Shown here piece after piece: positions 44,028 through 56,380 of a DNA stretch of 64,000 nt; position 1 is the stretch's first letter, and every line of letters begins with the position of its first letter. The position numbers and the translations under genes are program-made. Under the pieces are notes generated by a model. The model did no database searches and was not told the DNA's origin. It saw only the letters and a program-made list of their open reading frames with translations. This DNA comes from the human T2T-CHM13v2.0 reference genome, Homo sapiens: NCBI RefSeq assembly GCF_009914755.1, contig NC_060928.1; one strand, 5' to 3'.

Positions 44028-45508
44028 CTCCCTCTGTAACAATACAAATTCCCTGTAAGATCAAGACCCACCAATATAGGGTGTTTATTACCTAACACAA
44101 AACACCTTAGAAGCAGGGCCCAAAATGAAATCTCAGCTGGGGTTTTTATACCCTGCTGGTCACTTAGGAATATTATGGTACAATGGCAAGGCACATATTA
44201 TCAGGGACAATCACCATGAAAGACGAAATCTAATCTGATACATTAATAATTTACTTAATTTTATCCAGAACTGTGAAATAGAAAATAAAATAACCAAAAT
44301 ACCAAATTACTATGTTTCATAGTGTCTGTATATATTATCAAAATGAAGTCTTTTGCAAGTCCATCTTACATATTAATTTGTTAATATTTTTTCAATATTT
44401 GATATAAGACATTGTGATGCATAAGGAAATTGAAAACTACTATCCTAAAATATATGTTACTACATATTGATTAAGAAAAAGTGATTTTATAGAAGATCAA
44501 TGTGGTGTTTTTGAGATATATAGTATTGCAAGTACAGCATAGCAGAGACCTTTACTTGTAATCATTCATTGTAATCTTCCATTGGTGGAAAAAAAAAACA
44601 ATGTTAGTTAACATTTTTTATAATGTGAGTATAGTTCCATAACAAATTAATTGCCATCATAATTGTCTTTTTAAAATTATGTATTATAACTCTGTCTCAA
44701 TAAACATACCATATGCATTATCAATGACAGATAAACCATGCTTAATGACTAAAAGTCACAGGACCCAATATATGGTGCCTCCAAATCTATAGCTAATTGA
44801 AGGAATATAATACAATATAGCAATGAATTAAAATAAGAACATGAATCATAGTCAAAGGCAGTCTTACAGCAAGGGGATCAGAGAAGCCAAGTTCAGGTTT
44901 CTAGTCTCCTCTGTCTGTAAGGGCTGTGGCAAGACACACTTTCTCATATAAGGACTGACCAAAGTATATAGAACACTTCAGAACCAGGGAGCCCAATATG
45001 GAGTTTCAGCCAGAGTCCTTTATATTATTTTGTCATATACATAATCCTACCACAAATTAGTTTTAATGGCAGAGTCTCTGGGAGAATCCCATGGAGAGCA
45101 CATGCAAATGTCACTATTTTCAATAAATAATGCTAAAAGCTATTACAGACTGTATCTAAATGACTAACTAACCCATGTGGGTCTGTCTCTGAAGTTACAA
45201 TGTCCCTCCAAAATCTTGCTGCTTTTGTTCACTTTTCAGAGCTTTTTCAAGTAGTTATATTTTATGCAGATTATATGCTTGTTATCAGAAGAAGGAAGGC
45301 CAGTTTATTTAGAATTTTGTCACACTGCAAGTAGAATTCCAATTTGTTCAAACTTCCCAGCAAAACTGTAAATGGTGCCTTGCTTCTGTAATTTAATGCA
45401 AATTTTTAAAACTACTATTTTCTAATCTAATTGGTTGTTAAATATTGTGGAGCAAGATTTTATTTTTCTACATTGATAAGTAGAAATTTTTAAAATTAAG
45501 TCTCCAAC

Positions 45509-46129
45509 TGTTCCCAGACTAAACCTAGGGTCAGGCTGCTTATTCTCACGGCCCAATAATAAAATGCAGATGAACAGGGAAATAAGAGAGTTTATTTCCA
45601 TAAACAGGTACAGGGAGAAGGCTGGGAAAACATCACTAGACCAACTCAAAATTACAAAGTTTTCCAGAGTTTATATACCTTCTATGTTATATGTTGATGT
45701 GTAAGTGTGCATTCATCTAAAGATATAAGTGATTAACTTCTTCTGGTCTATAAGATCTGAGTCCTGAAGACTTTCTTGTGGAGACTCAGTAAATTTACTT
45801 AATCTAGATGGGCTCAGGTGCTAGGGGTGATTACCCTTATCTTGTCTCCTGCTAAATCATGGAGGTTTGGGGAGTTCCTTCAGACCCCCAGTAAGACTTG
45901 TTTAATCCTAAGCAGGTCCTGTTAAGAATTCCTTCATTATCTTGTAATGCTTTAAGGCCCAGGAAAAGCCTAGGCAAAACTCTTGGTGGGCTTTTGTTAT
46001 ATTCAGGCTTTGTATGAGGGCTGTGGCTCTATTAGCTTTTAATATTTAACTTAACCACTCAGTCAGTGCTGAAACAGTTGTCATTGGAGGCCAGCCTGTT
46101 CAGCTGTTACTGAGACTTCGCCTGCCATA
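45509..46129 (-). mobile_element. PABL-type solo LTR (ERV1, PABL_B-like)
   Basis: Reverse complement begins tatggcaggcgaagtctcagtaacagctgaac...gactgagtggttaagttaaatattaaaagc; TSD caac/taac. Confidence 0.8.
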
Positions 46130-46287
46130 TAACCATATCATATTTCAAACTGCTTAATTTTTGTACTCATCTAAAATGAAATATGAAGAAATACTAGCTG
46201 AAATACTATGGCAGAAATACTGTTACAAGACACTAATTTGCATAATTAAACAACTTATGTATCAAAAATCAGTTGATTACATAGTAA

Positions 46288-46814
46288 TGTTACAGAGTAA
46301 AAGGGGCTTGCTGCCTGAAGTGCTTGAAGCCAATACTATGACACTGGGTTTTTGAGGAATTAAAAAGTTTTCATTGTAGGTCAACCATCAAAGAGACAGG
46401 AGCCCAACTGAAATCTGTCTCCCTGTGCTGGCATTAAGGCAGTAATTTCATTAGAAAAAGTTTAGGGGGTGACTGGTGGTATTAGTAGGTGATTGATGGA
46501 AGAAAAGGGGATGTCTCAAAAGTCCTCAGGCATGCATAGTTATCTCTTTGTTATCTCATGGATCACAGGTGCAATTTGGGGGTCCGTGAATATAAAACAG
46601 GCAGTGGAAATTCACACTGTGATGTCAGCAAGCTTGTTCTGTGCAAACTCCAGTTGGCCATATTGGTTCCAGTGGATTTTAGCCAGTTTTGTTATCTTAC
46701 AAGTGAAGGGAATTTCAGCATTTTAGCAAGTTTTTTCTTTTCTTACCTGCTGTCCTGCAAACTCAAACATTTCTGTTAGTCATTACTTTCTTTAACTCTT
46801 TGGGAACAGTTTCA
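46288..46814 (-). mobile_element. MER31-type solo LTR
   Basis: tgttacagagtaaaagggg...gaagccaatactatgacactggg...gggaacagtttca; TSD gtaa/ataa. Confidence 0.8.
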
Positions 46815-46877
46815 ATAACAACCACTCTTTTGATGAAGCCACAGGAGGAAATGTCCCAAGCAATTCCTATATATTGT

Positions 46878-47239
46878 TAATATGGTTTGGCTGTGTCCCC
46901 ATCTAAATCTCATCTTGAATTGTAGCTCTCATAATACCCACATGTTGTGGGAGATACCCAGTGAGAGATCATTGAATCATGGGGGTGGGTTTTCTCATGC
47001 TGTTCTCACGATAACAGTAATTATCACAAGACCTGATGGTTTTATAAAGGGCAGTTCCCCTGCACGTGTCTTCTTGCTTGCTGCCATGTAAAATATACTT
47101 TTGCTCTTCCGTTACTTTCTACCATGATTATGAGGCCTCCCCAGCCATGTGGAACTGTGAGTCCATGAAACTTCTTTTTCTTTATAAATTACCCAGTCTT
47201 GTGTATTTCTTCATAGCAGTATAAAAATGGACTAACACA
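46878..47239 (+). mobile_element. THE1D-like solo LTR
   Basis: taatatggtttggctgtg...ggactaacaca; TSD attgt/aatgt. Confidence 0.9.
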
Positions 47240-47403
47240 AATGTCCTATTGAATCCTCAAATATTCTATGAAAATATATCTTTATTATTCATCTTTTATA
47301 GACAAGAAAACCAAAGTAATATAGGTTAAGTAACTTTTCTGATAACTATCCTCTGCCATAGAGCAGATCAGCAAATGGATCCCAAAGATTGGGAATTGAT
47401 TAC

Positions 47404-48081
47404 TGTTGGGACTCAGATCATGATACTAAAATGTATGGCACTTTGGCATGCAGAGTACTTTGAACTGAAGGGTATTGAAAGTCCTCAGGAGCAAGAAATT
47501 CTCTCTGAAATTCTTCACCTCGACTTTTGTCTTTCCCCATTTTGCACCCTAAAGCTGGTCACAGAAATGGGCATACCTCTTTCCCAAGATGGACCCTAGA
47601 AACTAGAACTCTATTTCCTCATAGCCTAAAAACTAAATTATGTAAAGTCTGAAAACATAAAACCTAACAAGTTTACTGTCTGACTTACATCCTCTAAAAG
47701 GCCATGGAGCCTCATTCTGGAAGGGACCTGCCCCATATCCAGGATAAGGGGTGATAGTAGTGGAATGCTACAGAGGCCAGGAAGAATCTGAACAAACAGG
47801 CCTTAATAACTTTCCACCAATTTATTGCCATTAGATCATTCCCTTCATGTTCAATCCCATTTCTACATGGCTGTCCATTTTTCATTGAGTCTCAGTGTAA
47901 AAATACAGTTTTCCCGGGGTTTGGGGGTTTTCATTTATGAAAGCTCACATATCTCATAAAACTTTGTTGAATAAATATATTATATTTTTCTCTTGTTAAT
48001 CTGTCTTTTTTTATAAGCGTGTCAGCCATAGATGACCTTGAGATGGGTAAGGAAGTAGTATCAGACCTTTTCACCCCTACA
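47404..48081 (+). mobile_element. Solo ERV1 LTR (MER34/MER39 group)
   Basis: tgttgggactcaga...tatggcactttggcatgc...cacccctaca; TSD ttac/ctac. Confidence 0.85.
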
Positions 48082-49631
48082 CTACAGGAGAAAACAATTA
48101 TTATCTTCTGCAATTAGCATTTCTCTTTACTAACAAATCATGATAGGAAGAAATGTCCATTTCCCACTGAGGACATTTCAAAGTATTTATGTTCACAGTA
48201 ATGTTACGGAAGGTAAATACTAAGCTGGCAACAACACTTAACAACCATGGGTAATGGGAGACAGGCAGAAGTACAGTATATAATTCCTACAACATACAGT
48301 TGACTGGATGCTACATATTAAAGGACAAAGACAAAATGGGATGAGAAAAACAAAGAAGGTGAGTCAGCAAGGTAGCTGTTTCCCTTTTAATATGTCAAAA
48401 ACAAGTTATTCTTCTTAGATTAAGTACAAAGATTGTTGTCACTCCTACCCATGGATTTTTTCATTGGGAAGAAATTAAATCTGAGTAATTTTAACAAAAC
48501 TTCTTTCTTACAACTTGATTGCTACCAAAACTTGAGAAACAAGAAAGTGTTCTGGACCTCACAATCTATACAGAAATTAGAAGTTGAATAAAACATAGAA
48601 AATTACACATGAAATTATAATAAATAGTAGAGTTTATTCACTAAAATGTGATTTTGATGGTTAATGACATAAGAAATAGTTATGCAATTATTAAAATTCA
48701 ATCTTTCAATATAGAGTATACCAATATGATATATTAAAAGGCATAGCAATAAGATATTATAAATACTAAAGTCACTCAGAAGGACCAGAATGATCCCCCT
48801 TCCTATAGTGACCTAGTGAGATAACTTCAATATGCTGTCATTGCCCAAAAGGTTATTATTTAACCCAGCATTTTGGGCAATATGCTGTCATTGCCCAAAA
48901 GGTTATTATTAATATGTATGTAAATTAGGGAGCTATTGTAGAATAAGCATTGTTATATTTAATCATTGAGACTCACATTTGAAGTCCTTGTATCCTGCAT
49001 AATTGTTTTGTAAACCCCCAGCAGCCTTTTAAAGATGATTAAAGGAGAACTCCAAGTTACAATTGGCAATTAAATAGTTACTTCAGGATGCCCATAGTCT
49101 GCCTTCTTAAGGAATGAGATATTTTCATTTCAACCTTTCAAGGAAAGCCTAGAAAACTAAGAATTTTTCTCTAAGAAATGGAATTCTCATTATTTTTAAC
49201 ATATACCAAAGATGTAAAAGGATCAATTTTCCTCTTATATAACAAGTGTTATCATTCTTAGACCTATCATTATAGAGAAAAATAGTGGAAAAATTAAATT
49301 GGGATTAAAAAAGTCTTTTACTAATATTTCCATGCTAAAAGTACGGCTTTTCTAATCTCGGGTCCTTAATAAAAAGGAAACTAAACTGAAATTTATTATG
49401 TATAAAAATTAGAAAATTTTAGACAATTGGGCAATTGTGTGATGTCTTGAAACAAGTTATACAAATGACACTGCACATAAGAATCACAAAAGTGAAAGTC
49501 TTGAAAATTATTGGCTATAACCACTTTATATCCCTTCTTCCTCTTCAATATTATAGAACAAATTTATAAAACATTTAGAAGTTAAAAGTCTTTGGTGATT
49601 CAGACAAGCCAAGAAAATAGAATTTTAGTAA

Positions 49632-49996
49632 TATATGTTTGTTTTCATGCGCTAATGAAGATATACTCAAGACTGGGTAATTTATAAAGGAAAGAGGTTT
49701 AATTGACTCATAGTTCTACATGGTTGGGAGGCCTCACAATCATGGCAGAAGGCAAGAAGGAGCAAAGCCACGTCTCACATGTCAGTAGGCAAAGAGGGAA
49801 TAAGAGCCAAGTAAAAAAGGGAAATCCCTTATAAAACCATCAGATCTCATGAGACTTATTCACTACCATGAGAACAGTATGGGGAAAACTGCTCCGTGCT
49901 TCAATTATCTCCCACCAGGTCTCTCTCACAACATGTGGGAATTATGGGAGCTACAACCAAGTGAGATTTGGGTAGGGACATGGCCAAACTATATCA
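49632..49996 (-). mobile_element. THE1C-like solo LTR
   Basis: gactgggtaatttataaaggaaagagg...ccaaactatatca; gtaa(t) on both flanks. Confidence 0.9.
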
Positions 49997-52900
49997 GTAA
50001 TTATAGGGACATTTATTTAAAAACATTAAAAGGAAATGTATTTTAAAACTACACAAACTATTTTGTAGTCTCAGTAATGTTCAAAAATTGTTGTGAATAA
50101 ATGAGAATTATTCACTGTAACTGAACAATTAGATTTTTTCATCTAATATTTTCTACTGTATCTTACCTTGTTTTCACTTCATGGTAATTTGAAAAAAAAA
50201 CTGAACACGATTCTCTCTACTCAGAGAATATTGTGATATTAACACTCTCTGCTAGAATTTATTTAGTTCCCTAAATGTAGATTAGTTTGCAAAACCATTA
50301 TTTTTGTTAAAAGTATAAGCCACCCAGTTTTTTATATCTTTAAAAAAATAGTATACCTTATAAATGAAATTAGAACCCCCAAAGATATTTTGCCTAAGTA
50401 TATTAATTTTTCTTTAAGGAATGAGTCTAAGATTGACAAGCGCTGTGGATGATGTTTTTGGTTAGAAAACAATGCATTCTTGATGCTTTATTTTCCTTAA
50501 GAGTCAATGATACATATTGTCATAAGCTGTGAAACTGCTCAATAGTCAAGAAAGATCTTCTATGATAATGATTAATTTACACCTCTGCATGTAGAATAGG
50601 CAGGAAGCTACTTGGTAAATTTTACATTTAGTACAGCAAAATTTTATGACTCCAACTTGATAAGTGTCTAAAATAAATGTTTTCAGATATGTGTTTATCT
50701 GTTTTTAATATCAAAATGTAGCTTGTTGAAACAATTCAGACCAATTAATTTACCATTTATTCTACCTTCTCAATTGAGTCCACTTAATATTTAACTTGTT
50801 CTTAGTTCATTAGAGGTATCATTACACACGCTAGTTTGTTTTTCTTTAGTTAAGAAAATAGTGATATCAAGGGATCTCAAAAAACATTCTATACCCTAAA
50901 TGGCCGTAATCGAGTATTCTAAAAAATTTATTATGTGGTAGTGAATACAAATATGTTTACTGATTATTAATATGCAAGACAGTAAAATAAGTTCAGAGGG
51001 AATTAGAAAATAAGAAAGACATACTGCCCTTAATAAACTTATGTAGTGTTAAAGTATATAAGATTTCAACTTAGGCAGAAAACAATACACACAAAAAAAT
51101 TCAAAAAAGTGTAAATAAATAATATCTACAATGGAGAAGGTGAAAAGAGTTAAGCTGAAGTACAGAAAGGAAAGAAAACACAAAAACATAGTTTGAAGGC
51201 ATCAAAACAATACAATTGGATGGGTTGCCAGGTAAAAAAATGTAGAGAGGACATTATCAAGATAGTTGGGTAGAGGCACCTGACATTTTCCTCCTCCACA
51301 AAGCAGGACCAAAATGCAGTAGATAAGTAAATATTAAATAGAACATCTAAGATAGAACACTGGAATTCTGTAGGGAAGTGACAGGGAACTTCTGAGGCAC
51401 AAAGGAGAAGGAAGTGAATAAGGTACTGGTCCAGCCAGGATTAGCTGTGAGCCAGGAGGAACTCCCTAACACAGAGAAAATGTAAGAGACCCCCAGTAGT
51501 CTGTTTCCAACATGGGCACCTGTAATCCTACCGACAGGAGAGACCTTTGGCAATTACAGGCTTTGATCCTAGTGTACAGAGCTGCCTGGAGTTCATGTGG
51601 CTAAAATGATCCAGAGAGGAAATTCACACTGGGTCCTACTAACATGCAGCATGGCATCATTTTGAGATTCCAGCCCCCAGTAGATCATATACTGTTCTGG
51701 GGCTCAAGAGCCCTATGATCTCCACAACCTAGAGCTCTGCTGATATTCTCCATGTCCACCCCCAGGGCTGCAGCATCATGACATGAGCTGGACCCAGTGG
51801 CATGACTGGGTCCCCAGAACTCTAGCTCATGCAATGTCCTACACCAGGGGAAAAGGAGGTACATCATACCAGAGAGACTTCCCCAAGGAGAAAGGGAGCT
51901 GAAACACATTTTCTCCAGGGCTTCAAAGTCATCTGCCCAGGGACACTTCCACTGACAGCAGCCCTGCCACCACCAGACCACCATAAACTGCCTGGGAGTG
52001 TGAGGACTGAAATGGCTGATGTCTCAATCTCCAACAAAGCCTTGCTGCAACCTCCACTGACAACTGCAGCCTAAACCACTGCAGAACACACAGATATCAC
52101 TGACTTTGATTATAGATGAAGAAATCATGTGAAGACTACACTATGGTGCCCATCCAGAATCAAAGCTGAGGGATCCTGCTTAGCCAACACTATAAATACA
52201 CCTATACAACACTACAAATACACCTAATTTTTTTTTAAAATTCTATAAAATCCAATCCATAAAGTCGAAAAATTGACTGTTAAACTAGATTTGCAGATAT
52301 CAACATAAGGACACAAGAAACATGAAAAAGCAAAGAAACCTTACACCTCTAAAGGAATGTAATAATTTTTCAGTAACAAATCTCAGAGTAAAAGAAATTT
52401 GTGAAATGTCTGAAAAAGAATGCATAAATAATAATTTTAAGAAAACTCAGCAATATACAAGAGAACACAGATAAGTAATACAAATAAATTAAGAAGCAAA
52501 ACAAAACAATGTATGATTCTGATGAGAAACTCAAGAAAGAGATAGATACTGCAAAAAAAGAACCAAACAAATTCTGGAACTAAATAATTCAATGAATGAA
52601 ATACAATAATATAATCAAAAACTTCAGTAGTAGACTAGATCAAGTAGATGAAAATAATTTCTTAACTTAAAGATAGGACTTTTGAAATAACTCAGTCAGG
52701 AAAAAATAAATAAAGAATATATATAAAAGAATGAAAAAAGTGTACATGATATATGCGGCACCATAGAGTGAACACATATTTTAATATTTGGAATCCCAGA
52801 AGGAAACTAAATGGGCAAAGGCATAAAAAGCTAATGAAAAAGTTGCTGAAAACTTCCCAAGCATTTTGAGAGATATAAACATCCAGATACAGGAAGATAG

Positions 52901-54194
52901 AACATCCCAAAATAGATTTAATAAAAAAAAAAAAAGGTTTTCTCCAAGGCACATACATTATAGTCAAATGGTTAAAAGTCAATGACAAAGAGAAAATTCT
53001 CAAAACATCAATAGAAAAGCATCAAGTCACATGTAAAGGAATTCCCATCAGACTAACAGCAGACTTCTCAGCAGAAACCTTATGAACCAGAAGAAAATGA
53101 AATGATATATTCGAAGTGCCAAAACAAACAAACAAAAAATACAAAACAAAAAATAGAATACAATACCCAGCAAAACTACCCTTCAGAAATGAAGGAGAAA
53201 TAGTCTTACCCAGACAAGTAAACTGCAGGAATTGATCACCACTAGACCAGTCCTGAAGAATATTTTCTACAAAAGTATATAACTTAATAGTAGATCAGAT
53301 ACACAAATGAGAAAGAAGAAGGAATTAAATGCAATCACTATCAAAAAGCCCCACCAAATTATAAAAGTAAATAATAAAATAATAAATATATAAAATAATC
53401 AGAAAACTGTTAACAAAATGACAGGAGTGTCTTCTCACCTAACATTAATCATCTTTAATGTAAATAATTAAAATTCCCAAATAAATATATATGAAATGGC
53501 TGAATGGACAAAAGAAAAAAAAGACCCTACTATATGTGCCTAATAGAAACTGCCTATAAAGACACATAAGGACTGAAAGTGAAGGAATAAAAAAAAATTC
53601 GAAGTAAATAAACCAAAAGCATGTCAGAGTATCTATACTTAGTTAAGATAGGTTTTAAGGCAGTAAACATAGAAAGAGGCAAAGAAGGTCATTACATAAT
53701 GATAAAAAAATTGATCTAGCAAAAGTGTATGACAATTCTAAATATATATCCACCTAACTACGTGAAGAAAATGTATCAGAGCTAAAGAGAGAGTGATCCC
53801 AATACAATAATAGTTGTGGAACCCAATACCCAACTTTTAGCTGTGGACAGATCATCTCTAGACAGAAAATTAATAAAGAAACATTAGACTTAATCTTCAT
53901 TATAGACCAAAAGGACCTAACAGGTATTTACAGAACATTTCATCAAACAGCTGCAGATAACACATTCTTTTCATCAGCACATGAAACATTGTCTAGGATA
54001 AACCATATGTTAGGCTACCAAAAAAGTCTCAACAAATTTTTAAAATTCAAAATCATAACAATTATCGTCTCAGACGAGAATGGAAACAAAACTAGTTATC
54101 AATAACAAGAGGAACTTTGGAAATGATACAAATACATGAAAATTAAACAACATGCCTCAGAATAACCATTGGGTATATAAAGAAATTAAGAAAA

Positions 54195-54536
54195 TTTTAT
54201 TTTATTTTATTTATTTTTTTAATTTTTTTTGAGACGGAGTCTTGCTCTGTCACCCAGGCTGGAGTGCAGTGGCGTGATCTCGGCTCACTGCACCCTCCCA
54301 CCTCCCAGGTTCACGCCATTCTCCTGCCTCAGCGTCCCAAGTAGCTGGGACTACAGGCGCCCACCACCATGCCCAGCTAATTTTTTGTATTTTTAGTAGA
54401 AACGGGGTTTCACCATGTTAGCCAGGATGGTCTCTATCTCCTGAACTTGTGATCTGCCCACCTCAGCCTCCCATGATCCGCCAGCCTTGGCCTCCTAAAG
54501 TGCTGGGATTACAGACGTGAGCCACTGCACCTGCCC
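54195..54536 (-). mobile_element. AluY/Sc-like with internal 24-bp duplication
   Basis: ttcacgccattctcc and gttagccaggatgg; flanked by aagaaaa. Confidence 0.93.
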
Positions 54537-54652
54537 AAGAAAAAAATTTTAAAACATTCTTGAAACAAACATAATGAAATCACAACAAACTGAAACCTAT
54601 GGGACACACAAGAAGCAGTGCTAAGAGGAAAGTTTATAGCGATAACCACCTA

Positions 54653-54990
<338 letters not shown>

Positions 54991-55524
54991 AAGAGAGAAA
55001 AATTTAAAATAACAGCCTTATTATTCACATTGAGGTAGTAGAAAAGCAAGAACATGCCAAACCTGAGATTAGTAGAAGGAAAGAAATAATAAAGATTAGG
55101 GCAGGTCTAAACAAAATAGAGAATTAAACACTACTAACAAAAGATCAAGCAAACAAAAAGCTGGGTTTTAAAATAATTTAAAACATTGATAAAATTCTAG
55201 ATAGACTTTCCAAAAAACAAAGAGAGAGAGAGAAGACCAAAATAAATAAAATCAAGAATGAAAAAGAGACAGAAGATACTACAAAAATACAAAAGAAGAT
55301 TGGAAGCTATTATGAACAATTATATGCTAAGAAATTGAAAAACCTAGAAAAATATGTATACAGTTCTGGAGACATCCAACCTACCAAGATTGGACTAGGA
55401 AGAAATAGAAAATTGAATCTTATGACACAATCAACAAGATAATACACCAAGATCAAGTGGGATTTATCCCAGAGGTGCATAGATATTTTAACATATGTAA
55501 ATCAATACATGTGATACAGCATAT

Positions 55525-56021
55525 TGTGGCTGAGTGCCACAGTTACTACTTGAGACCATCATTACAGCAGTTAATACTGTTACTGCTTGGGACCGTCATT
55601 ACAAGACTGAACGAAGGCATGAACATAGAAATGAAAACTTAAGACAAAAGAAGCTGTTTTAAAGGAAGGGAAACCGGGGAAGAAGAGCACTCCCTGCTTC
55701 TAGTGAGCCAAGGCAGCCCTCCGAGCTTCCATAGCCCTTCTTATTTATTGGGTAGAAAGAGCAGAGGGAAGGAGGTAATGATTGGCCAGATGCTTGATTG
55801 ATCACAAGTTCTCATTATTACTAACAAGCTTCAATTATGCCTAATCATAAGAAACACTTGAGCCTAGGTCATGACTGCCCTTAGCAGTCCTTCTGGGTGG
55901 CAGACACAGTTTGTCAGTTTGCCAACACTCTGCATTTATGAGAAACAGTTTGCTCCTTACTCATATAGCCTCCCGTGGTATACTGAGTTGATCACGACCC
56001 TCAATCTTTAGGCCTCCAACA
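55525..56021 (-). mobile_element. LTR3-type solo LTR (HERV-K HML-6)
   Basis: Reverse complement begins tgttggaggcctaaagattgagggtcgtgatcaactcagtatacc; 6-bp TSD gcatat/gcacat, the length typical of betaretroviruses. Confidence 0.8.
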
Positions 56022-56380
56022 GCACATCAGCAGAATGAAGGACAAAAACTATATGATCATCTCAATAGATACAGAAAAATTATTTGATAAAATTTAATAT
56101 TCATAATAAAACCTCTCAACAATTTAGGTATAGAAGGGACATAGCTCAATGTAATAAAGGACATATATGATAAACCCACAATTAATATAATACTGAATGG
56201 GGACAAGATGAAAGCTTTTTCTCTAAGAACTGGATTAAGACAAGGATGCCTGTTTTCACTACTCCTATTCAACACATTGCTGGAAGTTCTAGGTGGAGCA
56301 ATTAGGCAAGAGAAAAATATAAAAGGCGTGCAAATTGGGAAAGAGAAAGTAAAAGAGTCCCTCCTTGAAGATGACATGAT

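Noticed and set aside
45509-46129. Pseudoautosomal boundary location implied by PABL
   Set aside because: PABL is a dispersed LTR family and gives no chromosomal position
48828-48910. CRISPR-like repeat-spacer-repeat
   Set aside because: Only two repeats, the spacer is derived from the repeat, the context is eukaryotic and there are no cas genes
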